Source: Planctomycetota bacterium (lineage in GTDB: Bacteria > Planctomycetota > PLA2 > JAEUHO01). Taken from it: a stretch of 64,000 bases of DNA. Positions 45,877 to 54,008 of this stretch are shown in pieces (positions within the stretch are counted from its first letter, which is position 1; each line of letters begins with the position of its first letter). The stretch spans positions 251,419-315,418 of the forward strand of contig JBFWRP010000001.1 of NCBI GenBank assembly GCA_050248855.1. The letters are read 5' to 3'. The translations under genes were made by a program, and so were the position numbers. The notes under the pieces are model-generated. The model was given only the letters and a program-made list of their open reading frames with translations, had not been told where the DNA came from and ran no database searches.

Positions 45877-46391
45877 GGCGTGGCCGCCGTCCGGCTCTTG
45901 GGCTCCGCCAGGGGCGGCGGATGGACGACGCGATCGTCGTGGACGAGGAGCACGGAGAGCCCCTTGCGCCGCATGACATCCGCCGCGACGGAGCCCAGGA
46001 CCACGCGCCCGATCCCCGTGTGCCCGTGCGTGCCCATCACGACCACGTCCACGGCGTGCGCGCGCGCGGCGCGCTCGATGCTGTCGGCCACCGGGAAGCC
46101 GTGCTCGACGTGGACTTCCGTGCGAACACCCTCCTCGATGGACTCGACCGGCACGAGCCGAAGGAGCTGCGAGCGGAGGCCCTCCTCCGCGGCGCGACGC
46201 TCCTCGGGCGTGGGCAGGAAGGCGGGCGCCCACTGGCCGTAGGCGAGCGCCGCCAGCTCGGGGGGCGGGCAGACGTGGAGCAGATGCACGGTCGTACCCG
46301 CGTCCGCGATCGCGTAGGCCACGGCCAGTGCGCTGTTGCCGATCGGGGAGAGGTCGGTCGGACACAGGATCCGGCGGAACGGCAGGCGCAC
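45873..46391 (-). CDS. Universal stress protein (UspA family), first of a coupled pair
   Basis: MRLPFRRILCPTDLSPIGNSALAVAYAIA...AVDVVVMGTHGHTGIGRVVLGSVAADVMRRKGLSVLLV. The start is 13 nt downstream of the CBS gene stop. Confidence 0.7.
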   Translation of the reverse strand: MRLPFRRILCPTDLSPIGNSALAVAYAIADAGTTVHLLHVCPPPELAALAYGQWAPAFLPTPEERRAAEEGLRSQLLRLVPVESIEEGVRTEVHVEHGFPVADSIERAARAHAVDVVVMGTHGHTGIGRVVLGSVAADVMRRKGLSVLLVHDDRVVHPPPLAEPKSRTAATP

Positions 46392-46404
46392 GGCGACATC
46401 CCCC

Positions 46405-46956
46405 TCACGAGCTCAGGGCGTCGAGGATCTCCACCGTGCTCAGGATGCCGGCATACCTGCCCTCTTCCTCCACGAGCACGCGGTGGATCTTGTGCTTGAG
46501 CATTTCCGATGCGATCTCCCGGAGCCCTGCGCCCGCGGGAACCGTGTAGACCTGGGCGGTCATGACGTCGCCGGCCGTGTCCTCCGCCTCCTCCGGCAGA
46601 TCCACGGACTCGAAGTCGTCGTCGAGCATCTCCTCCGAGGAAAGGAAGAAGTGGCCGGGGACGCGGCGCGGGCGGGCGTCGGGGTCCTCCGCGTAGCGCT
46701 CCACGACGTCCCGCCACGAGACGACGCCTACGATCCTCCCGGCGGCATCCGTGACCGGTGCGCCGCTGATCCTGTTGTCGGCGAGCACGCGCTCGACCTC
46801 CGAGAGCGGAGCGTTCTCCGCAATCGTCACGATGTCCTTGCGCATCAGGTCGCGCGCCACGACCTGCTCCCAGCGGCGGGCTGGCGCAGCCCGCTGTTCC
46901 CCGGCGGCAACGGCCCCCGGCGACATCTGCGTCGGACTCGGCTTCTTGGTTCGCAT
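46405..46956 (-). CDS. CBS-domain pair protein
   Basis: ORF 46405..47208 is trimmed to ATG 46956 (MRTKKPSPT) with GGAGG 5 nt upstream. Two CBS motifs are VVARDLMRKDIVTIAENAPLSEVERVLADNRISGAPVTDAAGRIVGVVSWRDV and TAGDVMTAQVYTVPAGAGLREIASEMLKHKIHRVLVEEEGRYAGILSTVEIL. Confidence 0.7.
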   Translation of the reverse strand: MRTKKPSPTQMSPGAVAAGEQRAAPARRWEQVVARDLMRKDIVTIAENAPLSEVERVLADNRISGAPVTDAAGRIVGVVSWRDVVERYAEDPDARPRRVPGHFFLSSEEMLDDDFESVDLPEEAEDTAGDVMTAQVYTVPAGAGLREIASEMLKHKIHRVLVEEEGRYAGILSTVEILDALSS

Positions 46957-47204
46957 GCGACCTCCATGTGCGGAGGTACATTGCGAAGGACGTGCCACCC
47001 TCCCGCGCAGGGCCTGCACCGAGGAGGACCGGCCTCGCTGCGGAGGTTTCCCCAGGGTGTGGGGGTTCGTTGCACGCGCCCGGGACGGGATGTCCGCACC
47101 AGGCACGCAGGCGGGTTCGGGACGCGCCGTGGCGGCCTCGCGGCGGCGGGGATGCCGGTCCGTGCAGGCGCTCCCGCGCCCCTCTACGGGGATCTCCGCC
47201 CCGG

Positions 47205-48125
47205 TCACTCCGCCGTCCTGAAGATGTCGAGGAACCGGTCCTCGTACTCCGCGAAGACCCCGAGTCGGTCCAGCTCCCGCTTCAGCTCGTAGGCCTTCGA
47301 GCGGTCCTTGGTCGCCTCCCCGAACAGGCGCTCGATCCGCATCTTGTCCTCGGGGGGAAGGCCGTTCTCCTGCTCGGCGGCCCAGGATTCCTCGTCGGCT
47401 TCATCGGCTCGCGGCTGTTCCTGGAGCTGCTGCCGGAGCCGCTCCAGGACGTTGCCCAGCTGCCGCTCCATCGCATCGGCCTGGTCCTGCAGCTCGCCGA
47501 AGTCGAGGTCGATCCGGGCAAGGTCTGCGAACAGGCGGAGCACGGCGAGCGAGGCCTTCGGAAAGGGGAGCTGCGTGAAGAGGTGCGGCATTTCCCCGAG
47601 GAGGCAAGCACCTTGGAGCCCTGCCTCGGCGGCGGCGCCGAGCAGCACGCCGTTGAGCCCACCGATCTGCCCGTCTTCGAGGATCGACAGCTCGAGATGG
47701 CGGAGCTCGGCCAGGCTTCCCTCGTCGGTGGCGGCGCCGAACACGCGCGCCTCGGCGGCCGGGTTCATCCCCGTGGCGAGGGCCGCGAACGTGAAGATCC
47801 TCTCGACGTCCAGCTCCCGCGCCTTCGCGATCAGCCGCCTGCAGAACGCATAGCGGCCGCGCGGGGGTTGGGCCTCGCCGAGGAACACGACGATGTCGCG
47901 TTGCCCTCCGGGGTCGCTCCACGCGAAGAGGCGGCTTCTCGGCAGGCGCCCGGAACGGATGAGGCCGTCCTTCACCTCGACGTGCTCGACGTCGAACAGC
48001 TCCTCGGCCGAGAGCTCCTCGAGGAGATGCATGCCGAGCTTCGACATCAGGTAGTAGCCGGCCATGAGGGCGACGCTGCCCATGCCGGGCCAGACGGCGA
48101 CCAGCCAGGGGCGCTTGAGGGGCAT
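47205..48125 (-). CDS. PAC2 (proteasome assembly chaperone-like) family protein
   Basis: AAGGAG lies 6 nt upstream of ATG 48125. MPLKRPWLVAVWPGMGSVALMAGYYL...DIVVFLGEAQPP...ERIFTFAALATGM is the bacterial PAC2 pattern. An acidic coiled-coil tail follows. Confidence 0.6.
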   Translation of the reverse strand: MPLKRPWLVAVWPGMGSVALMAGYYLMSKLGMHLLEELSAEELFDVEHVEVKDGLIRSGRLPRSRLFAWSDPGGQRDIVVFLGEAQPPRGRYAFCRRLIAKARELDVERIFTFAALATGMNPAAEARVFGAATDEGSLAELRHLELSILEDGQIGGLNGVLLGAAAEAGLQGACLLGEMPHLFTQLPFPKASLAVLRLFADLARIDLDFGELQDQADAMERQLGNVLERLRQQLQEQPRADEADEESWAAEQENGLPPEDKMRIERLFGEATKDRSKAYELKRELDRLGVFAEYEDRFLDIFRTAE

Positions 48126-48255
48126 GGCGAGCTCCTTTCATCTCGACGGACGGGACGGAGGCAGGAGGCAGGTGCGCAGCCGCACGCCTACGCCATGCCC
48201 CGCGAGGTCCTCCGCGCATCTTCGCCGGCAGGCACGCGACCGCCGAGACACGCGG

Positions 48256-48501
48256 CTACCGCCTCTCGCGCGCGTCTGCCTGCGTCACCTCGCACGTCAC
48301 GAGGGCAACTCCCTTCGGAAAGCCTCGCGTGAGGGTCCGGAAGCGCCCGGCGCACTTCCCGGGATCGAGCTGGCGGAACCGCCAGGATCGGGTCGTCTCG
48401 TCGGCGTGCGCATGCGCCAAGCCATGCTCCCGCAGCCAGCGCCTGGCCTTGGCCAGGGTCCACGAGCCCTCGAGCTTCGAGAACACGACGGTCTGGGTCA
48501 T
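48256..48501 (-). CDS. Small hypothetical protein (81 aa)
   Basis: ORF 48256..48669 is trimmed to the internal ATG 48501 (MTQTVVFSKLEGSWTLAKARRWLREHGL...). It is basic. I recognised no family. It is included mainly because it sits inside a same-strand stress array. Confidence 0.35.
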   Translation of the reverse strand: MTQTVVFSKLEGSWTLAKARRWLREHGLAHAHADETTRSWRFRQLDPGKCAGRFRTLTRGFPKGVALVTCEVTQADARERR

Positions 48502-48691
48502 CTGCGGCACGCGCGCGCTCCGGGGGCGAGGCCTGCAGGATGCATGCCAGGGCGCGGAAGGGGCTTGGAGACCATCCGCGAGGAAGGAGGCGGAAGCGGC
48601 AACAAGCCTGGCCGCACCCAGGCGTGCGAGGTCGATGCGCGGGACGTGGCCGCGATCGTCGACGCGCACCGGCGGGCACCGCGGGAGTGCG

Positions 48692-49030
48692 CTACGGCTC
48701 CGTGGTGCATGCCACGCAGCGGCTGGCGTATGGCACGACGTCCAGCCGCGCCCGGGCGATCCATCGGCCGCAGGCCTGGCAACGACCGAAGGTCCCGTCC
48801 TGGATGCGATCGAGCGCCGACACGATCTCCCGGATCGTCGCCCGTTCCTGCTCGATGATCCCGAGGTTCAACGCGTCGGAATCCGCTTCGCTTCCTTCGT
48901 CGTCCTCGACATCGGATGCGTCGAGGGTCTCCGCCTCCAGCCGATCGAGCCCACGCCGCAGCTCTCGATGCAGGGCATGAAGGCGCAGCTCGCAGCGCCG
49001 GATCTCGCCTTCGTGCAGCTCGAGGTCCAT
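48692..49030 (-). CDS. DksA/TraR-family C4-type zinc-finger protein
   Basis: GGGAGA is upstream of the ATG. An acidic coiled-coil N-terminus is followed by CQACGRWIARARLDVVPYASRCVAC (CxxC-N17-CxxC). Confidence 0.7.
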   Translation of the reverse strand: MDLELHEGEIRRCELRLHALHRELRRGLDRLEAETLDASDVEDDEGSEADSDALNLGIIEQERATIREIVSALDRIQDGTFGRCQACGRWIARARLDVVPYASRCVACTTEP

Positions 49031-49154
49031 CGGATCGGAGTCTCCCGGTGCGTGTCGTCGTCAGGAACCCGGACGGCGGCGAGCTCGCGCGGCTGCGACG
49101 GCAAGAACGGTCGGCCGGGCGCCCTTTCGGGCGCCCGGCGAAGAGCGGAGCAGC

Positions 49155-49646
49155 CTACTTGACCTCGATCGACCGTGCCTTGGCTTCGGCCGTCTTGGGC
49201 AAGCGCACGCGGAGGACGCCATCGCTCATGCGCGCATCGATCTTGTCCGGGGCGACCGTGGACGGCAGGGTCAGGGAGCGCGTGAAGCGTCCGTAGCGCC
49301 GCTCGACGCAGCGGTAGTTGCGCTTCTTCTCCTCCTCCGACTCCGACTTCTCGCCGGAGATGGTGAGGATCCCGTCCTGGAGCTGCACGTTGACGTTGTC
49401 CCGCTTCATGCCGGGCAGCTCGACGCTGACCCAGACGTCGTCGGCGTCCTCGCTCACATCGAGGGAAGGAGCGAGGTGTGCGCCGTTGTCCTCGAAGCGC
49501 CTCCAGGACGGCCAGACGTCCTCGAAGAGACGGTTGAGGGACGAGCCCAAGGGGCTCAACCGCGAGAAGGGATCCCAGATCGGGAAGGCGGAGGGCTGCA
49601 AGCCGGCCTCGCGGATCTCGGGACGGGGGGCAAGTGTTGAGGGCAT
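49155..49646 (-). CDS. Hsp20 / alpha-crystallin family small heat-shock protein
   Basis: ORF 49155..49793 is trimmed to ATG 49646 (MPSTLAPRP) with GGGAGA 8 nt upstream. The alpha-crystallin domain is PSLDVSEDADDVWVSVELPGMKRDNVNVQLQDGILTISGEK...ERRYGRFTRSLTLPSTVAPDKIDARMSDGVLRVRLPK. Confidence 0.8.
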   Translation of the reverse strand: MPSTLAPRPEIREAGLQPSAFPIWDPFSRLSPLGSSLNRLFEDVWPSWRRFEDNGAHLAPSLDVSEDADDVWVSVELPGMKRDNVNVQLQDGILTISGEKSESEEEKKRNYRCVERRYGRFTRSLTLPSTVAPDKIDARMSDGVLRVRLPKTAEAKARSIEVK

Positions 49647-50205
49647 GGCACGAATCTCCCGGTCAATGCGTCGGTTCGCTGGATCGGACCCGACGAGCTC
49701 CGCGTGTGGGCGACCGTCCGAGCAAATGGAGCGCCAAGGCGTGATGCGCCGGCTGCTCGCCCGCCAAGGCCGTTCCCGTGGGGAGCCGGACACACGTGCC
49801 TGGTGGTCCCTGCGCAGGGGGGCTGGGGCAGCGGACCTCCTGGGGCGCGTCGGCCCAGGCCCCTGTCGCGCGGGATCGTGCTTTGCAGGATGCGCATGTC
49901 ATGGCCAGGCGGGGCGCCAACCGCCGGGCCCAGCGAGACGGAGAAACAGGGAAGCGATCCAGGGCTGCACCGCGAGGCAGCCCCTTGCGCGCTCTTCCGC
50001 AACGAGGTGCGGAGAGCCCCACGACCCGATGGCCGTCCTACGCGCCACCGTCTTCCTGACGTGGGGATCCCCCACGGGCATGCCGGCTGGTACGGCCCTT
50101 GCGCCGTGCCCCCGACTCCTCGGGGCAGGCGAGCCCTGCGGCTGGATGCGCTTGGAGCGTGCGAGCGGGAGTCGCTTGTTGATCACCACGTGCCGGAGAG
50201 GCGCC

Positions 50206-51384
50206 ATGAGGCCGAGGAGACAGGGAGACGAGCCTGACGGCGCGTCCCCCGTGCGCACGTGGCTGCAGGCGCGGTGGCAGGCTCTCGGGCATGTGCTGCT
50301 TCCGCCGCGACCCGAGGTGCAGCGGCTGGAGCCTGCACCGACGAATCCGATCCTCGCCCCGGACCAACGCCACGCCTGGGAGTCGAAGGCGGTCTTCAAT
50401 CCTGCCGCCGTCTTGATCGACGACGAGGTGCATCTGCTCTACCGCGCGATCGGCGAGCAGGACCGCTCCTCCCTCGGCCATGCGACGAGCAAGACGGGGC
50501 TCGACTTCTCCAAGCCCACCGAGATGCCGGCCTACGTGGCCCGTGAAGCGTTCGAGGGGCATGCGCACCACGTTCACGCCCCGCATCCAGGTTCCTACGC
50601 TTCCGGGGGTGGCGGCTGGGGAGGTGTGGAGGATCCCCGCGTGACGCAGATCGGGGATCGGGTCTACATGACGTATGTTGCCTACAACGGCATCGACCCG
50701 CCACGCGTCGCGCTGACCTCGATCCGCACGTCGGACTTCCGCGCTCGCCGCTGGACGTGGGCCCCGCCCGTCCTCATCTCCGAACCCGGCGTCGTCAACA
50801 AGAATGCCGTGCTGTTCCCCGAGAAGGTGCGCGACCGCTTCGTCATGATCCACCGCGTCTACCCCAACATCCTCCTGGACTACCTGGACGACCTGGACTT
50901 CGACGGGAAGACGCGCTGGCTCGTGGGGCAGCACGTGATTCCCCCGAGCACGGAGGGCTGGGACAACCACAAGGTCGGTGCCGGTCCTCCGCCCATCAAG
51001 ACGCACGCAGGGTGGCTGCTCATTTGCCAGGGCGTGGGCAAGGAGGAAGGCTATCGGTACAAGAGCGGGGCCATGCTGCTCGATCTGCGGCGTCCCGAGC
51101 GCGTCCTGGTGCGGCCCAAGGAGCCGATCCTGGAACCCGATGCCTGGTACACGAACCAAGGCTGGAAGGCCGGCGTGGTGTACCCATGCGGGGCTGTCGT
51201 GAAGAACGGACACCTGCTCGTCTACTACGGCGGGGCCGACACGTACGTCTGCGTCGCCACGGCTCCCTTCGACGCGTTCGTGAACAGTCTTGCCCGCAGG
51301 CGCAGGCCGCACATGGTGCTTCGCCCGTTGGGGATGTTCCTGGACTGGACCCTGCCCTGGAGGCGGTCCCGTGCCCCTGTTTGA
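50206..51384 (+). CDS. GH130-family glycoside phosphorylase (beta-mannoside phosphorylase-like)
   Basis: ORF 49318 is trimmed to ATG 50206 (MRPRRQGD) with GGAGAGG 6 nt upstream. GH130 hallmarks are NPILAPDQRHAWESKAVFNPAAVLIDDEVHLLYRAIGE, GVEDPRVTQIGDRVYMTY (the catalytic Asp in EDPR) and GAGPPPIKTHAGWLLICQGV. Confidence 0.7.
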   Translation: MRPRRQGDEPDGASPVRTWLQARWQALGHVLLPPRPEVQRLEPAPTNPILAPDQRHAWESKAVFNPAAVLIDDEVHLLYRAIGEQDRSSLGHATSKTGLDFSKPTEMPAYVAREAFEGHAHHVHAPHPGSYASGGGGWGGVEDPRVTQIGDRVYMTYVAYNGIDPPRVALTSIRTSDFRARRWTWAPPVLISEPGVVNKNAVLFPEKVRDRFVMIHRVYPNILLDYLDDLDFDGKTRWLVGQHVIPPSTEGWDNHKVGAGPPPIKTHAGWLLICQGVGKEEGYRYKSGAMLLDLRRPERVLVRPKEPILEPDAWYTNQGWKAGVVYPCGAVVKNGHLLVYYGGADTYVCVATAPFDAFVNSLARRRRPHMVLRPLGMFLDWTLPWRRSRAPV

Positions 51385-53299
51385 CCGCTACCGGGGCAAT
51401 CCGGTGCTGGAGCCGAACCATGCCGACTCGTGGGAAGCCGCGGCGGCGTTCAACCCGTGCGTCGCCCCGTGCGTCAACGAACGTCCCGGCGTCCTGCACA
51501 TGGTCTACCGTGCGCAGTCCACACCCCAGATGGTCGCAGGTGCAGAGCTCGAGCTGAGCACGGTGGGGCATGCGATGCGGCACGGCCCCGGAGAGTCGTT
51601 CGAGGCGCGTCGGCTCCTGATCCGGCCCGAGTACGACTGGGAACGGTTCGGCTGCGAGGACCCCCGGATCACCCTCTTCGAGGGCACGTACTACATCTTC
51701 TACACGGCCCTCTCCAAGTACCCGTTCGAGGCGGACGGCATCCGCGTCGGGCTGGCCCGGACGCGCGACTTCCGCTCGTTCGACAAGCACCCGGTCACCA
51801 CCTTCAACGCCAAGGCCATGGCCCTCTTTCCCCAGCGCATCGGCAACGACATGGCGGCGATCCTCACCGTCAACACCGATCGCCCCCCGTCGCAGATCGC
51901 GATGGCGAGGTTCACCGCGCCGGAGCAGATCTGGTCGCCGGACTACTGGAACGCCTGGTACGCCTCGCTTCCCGACCACGCCATCGATCTGGAAGCATCT
52001 CCCCCGGACCACGTCGAGATCGGGGCTCCTCCGCTGTTGACGAAGAGCGGGTGGCTCCTCCTCTACTGCTGCATTCGCGACTACGGCCATGCGGACCGGC
52101 TCTTCACCATCGATGCGGCGCTCCTGGATCGCGACGATCCGACACGCGTCCTGGGGCAGGCGCGACGCTCGCTCCTCCACCCGGAGGAGCCCTACGAGCG
52201 GTTCGGCCGCGTGCCGGAGACGATCTTCCCGTCCGGTGCGTGCATCGAGGGCGGGCGGCTGCACGTCTACTACGGAGCCGCCGACACTTCGTGTTGCATG
52301 GCGACCTGCGATCTTGGCCAGCTCCTCGACGAGCTCCAAGGCGAGTCCATTCGCGCCAAGCGCTTTCGCGGCAATCCCATCCTCCGGCCGGATCCCGCGC
52401 ACGGATGGGAGTCGTGGGCCACGTTCAACGCCGGCGCGGTGCACGTCGGGGAACGGGTGCACCTCCTCTACAGGGCGATGGGCGAGGGCCGCGTGTCCGT
52501 CCTGGGCTACGCATCGAGCATCGACGGGCTCCACATCGACGAGCGCTTGGCCGAGCCGGCCTACGTTCCGCGGCTGGCGTTCGAGAAGGCGGCGGAGCCC
52601 GGCGTCGCGTCGGGCTGCGAAGACCCGCGACTGACGCTCCTCGATGGCACCCTCCACATGTGCTACACGGCCTACGACGGTGTCACGCCTCCCCGGGTCG
52701 CGCTGACGTCGATCACGCTGGACGATTTCCTCGCCCGGCGCTGGAGGTGGTCCGAGCCGCGGTTGATCTCCCGTCCGGGCGAGATGAACAAGGACGCCGC
52801 CCTCTTCCCGCGCAAGATCGACGGACGGCATGTGCTCCTGCACCGCTCGGGGCGCAGCATCTGGATCGACTCGGTCGACGACCTCTCCGAGCTGGGGACG
52901 AAGCGCTGGCTGGAGGGCCGCGTCCTCCTGGACCCGCCGCAAGGTGCACCCAAGATCGGCGCGGGCGGCCCTCCGATCGAGACCGAGGCCGGTTGGCTGT
53001 TGCTCTACCACGGCATCTCGAGCCGCCCGGGTCATCACTACCACCTGAAGGCCGCCGTGCTCGATCGCAAGGATCCGACCCGCGTGATCGCCAACATGAT
53101 CTACCCGCTCCTGGAGCCCCACAGGCTCTACGAGCGTAGGGGCCTGGTCCCGGACGTCGTCTTCTCCTGCGGGCAGGCCGTCCTCGACGGCAGGCTGTTC
53201 GTCTACTACGGAGGCGCGGACAGGGTCTTGGCGGTTGCGAGCATGGAGCTCGGCGCACTCGTGTCCCAGATCCTGCGCGGGCACGCGCCTGGCGTGTGA
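51371..53299 (+). CDS. Tandem double GH130-domain glycoside phosphorylase
   Basis: GTG 51371 (VPLFDRYRGNPVLEP) has GGAGGCGG 5 nt upstream and overlaps the upstream gene by 14 nt. Domain A is NPVLEPNHADSWEAAAAFNP...GCEDPRITLFEGTYYIFYTA. Domain B is GNPILRPDPAHGWESWATFNAGAV...GCEDPRLTLLDGTLHMCYTAY. Confidence 0.7.
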   Translation: MPLFDRYRGNPVLEPNHADSWEAAAAFNPCVAPCVNERPGVLHMVYRAQSTPQMVAGAELELSTVGHAMRHGPGESFEARRLLIRPEYDWERFGCEDPRITLFEGTYYIFYTALSKYPFEADGIRVGLARTRDFRSFDKHPVTTFNAKAMALFPQRIGNDMAAILTVNTDRPPSQIAMARFTAPEQIWSPDYWNAWYASLPDHAIDLEASPPDHVEIGAPPLLTKSGWLLLYCCIRDYGHADRLFTIDAALLDRDDPTRVLGQARRSLLHPEEPYERFGRVPETIFPSGACIEGGRLHVYYGAADTSCCMATCDLGQLLDELQGESIRAKRFRGNPILRPDPAHGWESWATFNAGAVHVGERVHLLYRAMGEGRVSVLGYASSIDGLHIDERLAEPAYVPRLAFEKAAEPGVASGCEDPRLTLLDGTLHMCYTAYDGVTPPRVALTSITLDDFLARRWRWSEPRLISRPGEMNKDAALFPRKIDGRHVLLHRSGRSIWIDSVDDLSELGTKRWLEGRVLLDPPQGAPKIGAGGPPIETEAGWLLLYHGISSRPGHHYHLKAAVLDRKDPTRVIANMIYPLLEPHRLYERRGLVPDVVFSCGQAVLDGRLFVYYGGADRVLAVASMELGALVSQILRGHAPGV

Positions 53300-53471
53300 C
53301 CGCGGCGCGGCGACATGGCGGACCAAGCCGCGCCCGCAGGGGCGCCCTGCACGGCAACGGCGGGGCGCGACGTGCACGCGGCGAGGCCGCCGGTCCCACC
53401 GCTGGAGCTTCTGCGGCTGCACGCCCGAGGACGGATGGAACGCCTGCGCAGGGGAGCGCGTCGACCGCCGC

Positions 53472-54008
53472 TCATCCCAGGTCGTCGCGCAGTCTCCGCA
53501 AGGCTTCGTACAGCCGGGACTTCACGGTCGACTCGGGGACGTCCACGACGTGGGCGATCTCCTGGCGGGAGAGGCCCTCGGCGTAGCGCAGGCGGAGGAC
53601 CTCCTGCTGCTCGTCCGACAGGCGGGCGATGCGCTCGGCGACACGGACCTGGTCCTCGCCCACGACGAGGTGCGTGAGGACGCCCCGCGCGCCCAGCGAG
53701 ACCTGCGCGTCGGTGACCAGGCGCGCGCGGTCGCGGCGGCGACCACGTCCGCGGCGGGCGTTCAGGCAGTGGTTGCGCGCCACGCGGTAGAGCCACGCGC
53801 GGAAGTCGTCGGGAACCAGGTCGGCGGCGAGCACCTTGACGAAGATCTCCTGGGCCGCGTCCTCGGCGTCGTCGAGATCACCGAGGTAGCCCCACGCAAG
53901 GCGGATCATCGCGTCGCGGTAGAGCTGCTCGAGGAGGCGCGCGGCCTCGGGGGAGCCGCCGCGCAGCGCGACGACCAGCGAGGGCGTCAGATCGGAAGCC
54001 ACGCTCAC
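53472..54008 (-). CDS. ECF sigma factor
   Basis: ORF 53472..54500 is trimmed to GTG 54008 (VSVASDLTPSL), which overlaps the upstream kinase stop as GTGA. Region 2 is LGDLDDAEDAAQEIFVKVLAADLVPDDFRAWLYRVARNHCLNARR. Region 4 is LSDEQQEVLRLRYAEGLSRQEIAHVVDVPESTVKSRLYEALRRL. Confidence 0.75.
   Translation of the reverse strand: MSVASDLTPSLVVALRGGSPEAARLLEQLYRDAMIRLAWGYLGDLDDAEDAAQEIFVKVLAADLVPDDFRAWLYRVARNHCLNARRGRGRRRDRARLVTDAQVSLGARGVLTHLVVGEDQVRVAERIARLSDEQQEVLRLRYAEGLSRQEIAHVVDVPESTVKSRLYEALRRLRDDLG

Noticed and set aside
49880-49910. A sigma-54-like -24/-12 element upstream of the Hsp20 gene (TGGCCATGACATGCGCA on the minus strand)
   Set aside because: Its spacing and -12 element deviate from the TGGCAC-N5-TTGCW consensus at three or more positions, so it is not convincing without transcription-start data.
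49318-50205. N-terminal 296 codons of ORF 49318..51384 upstream of the GH130 domain
   Set aside because: There is no protein-like signal and it overlaps the Hsp20 gene on the opposite strand. A strong RBS and ATG at 50206 sit immediately before the conserved GH130 N-terminus.
51020-53422. 800-aa minus-strand ORF opposite the tandem GH130 gene
   Set aside because: The plus frame carries three conserved GH130 catalytic motifs.
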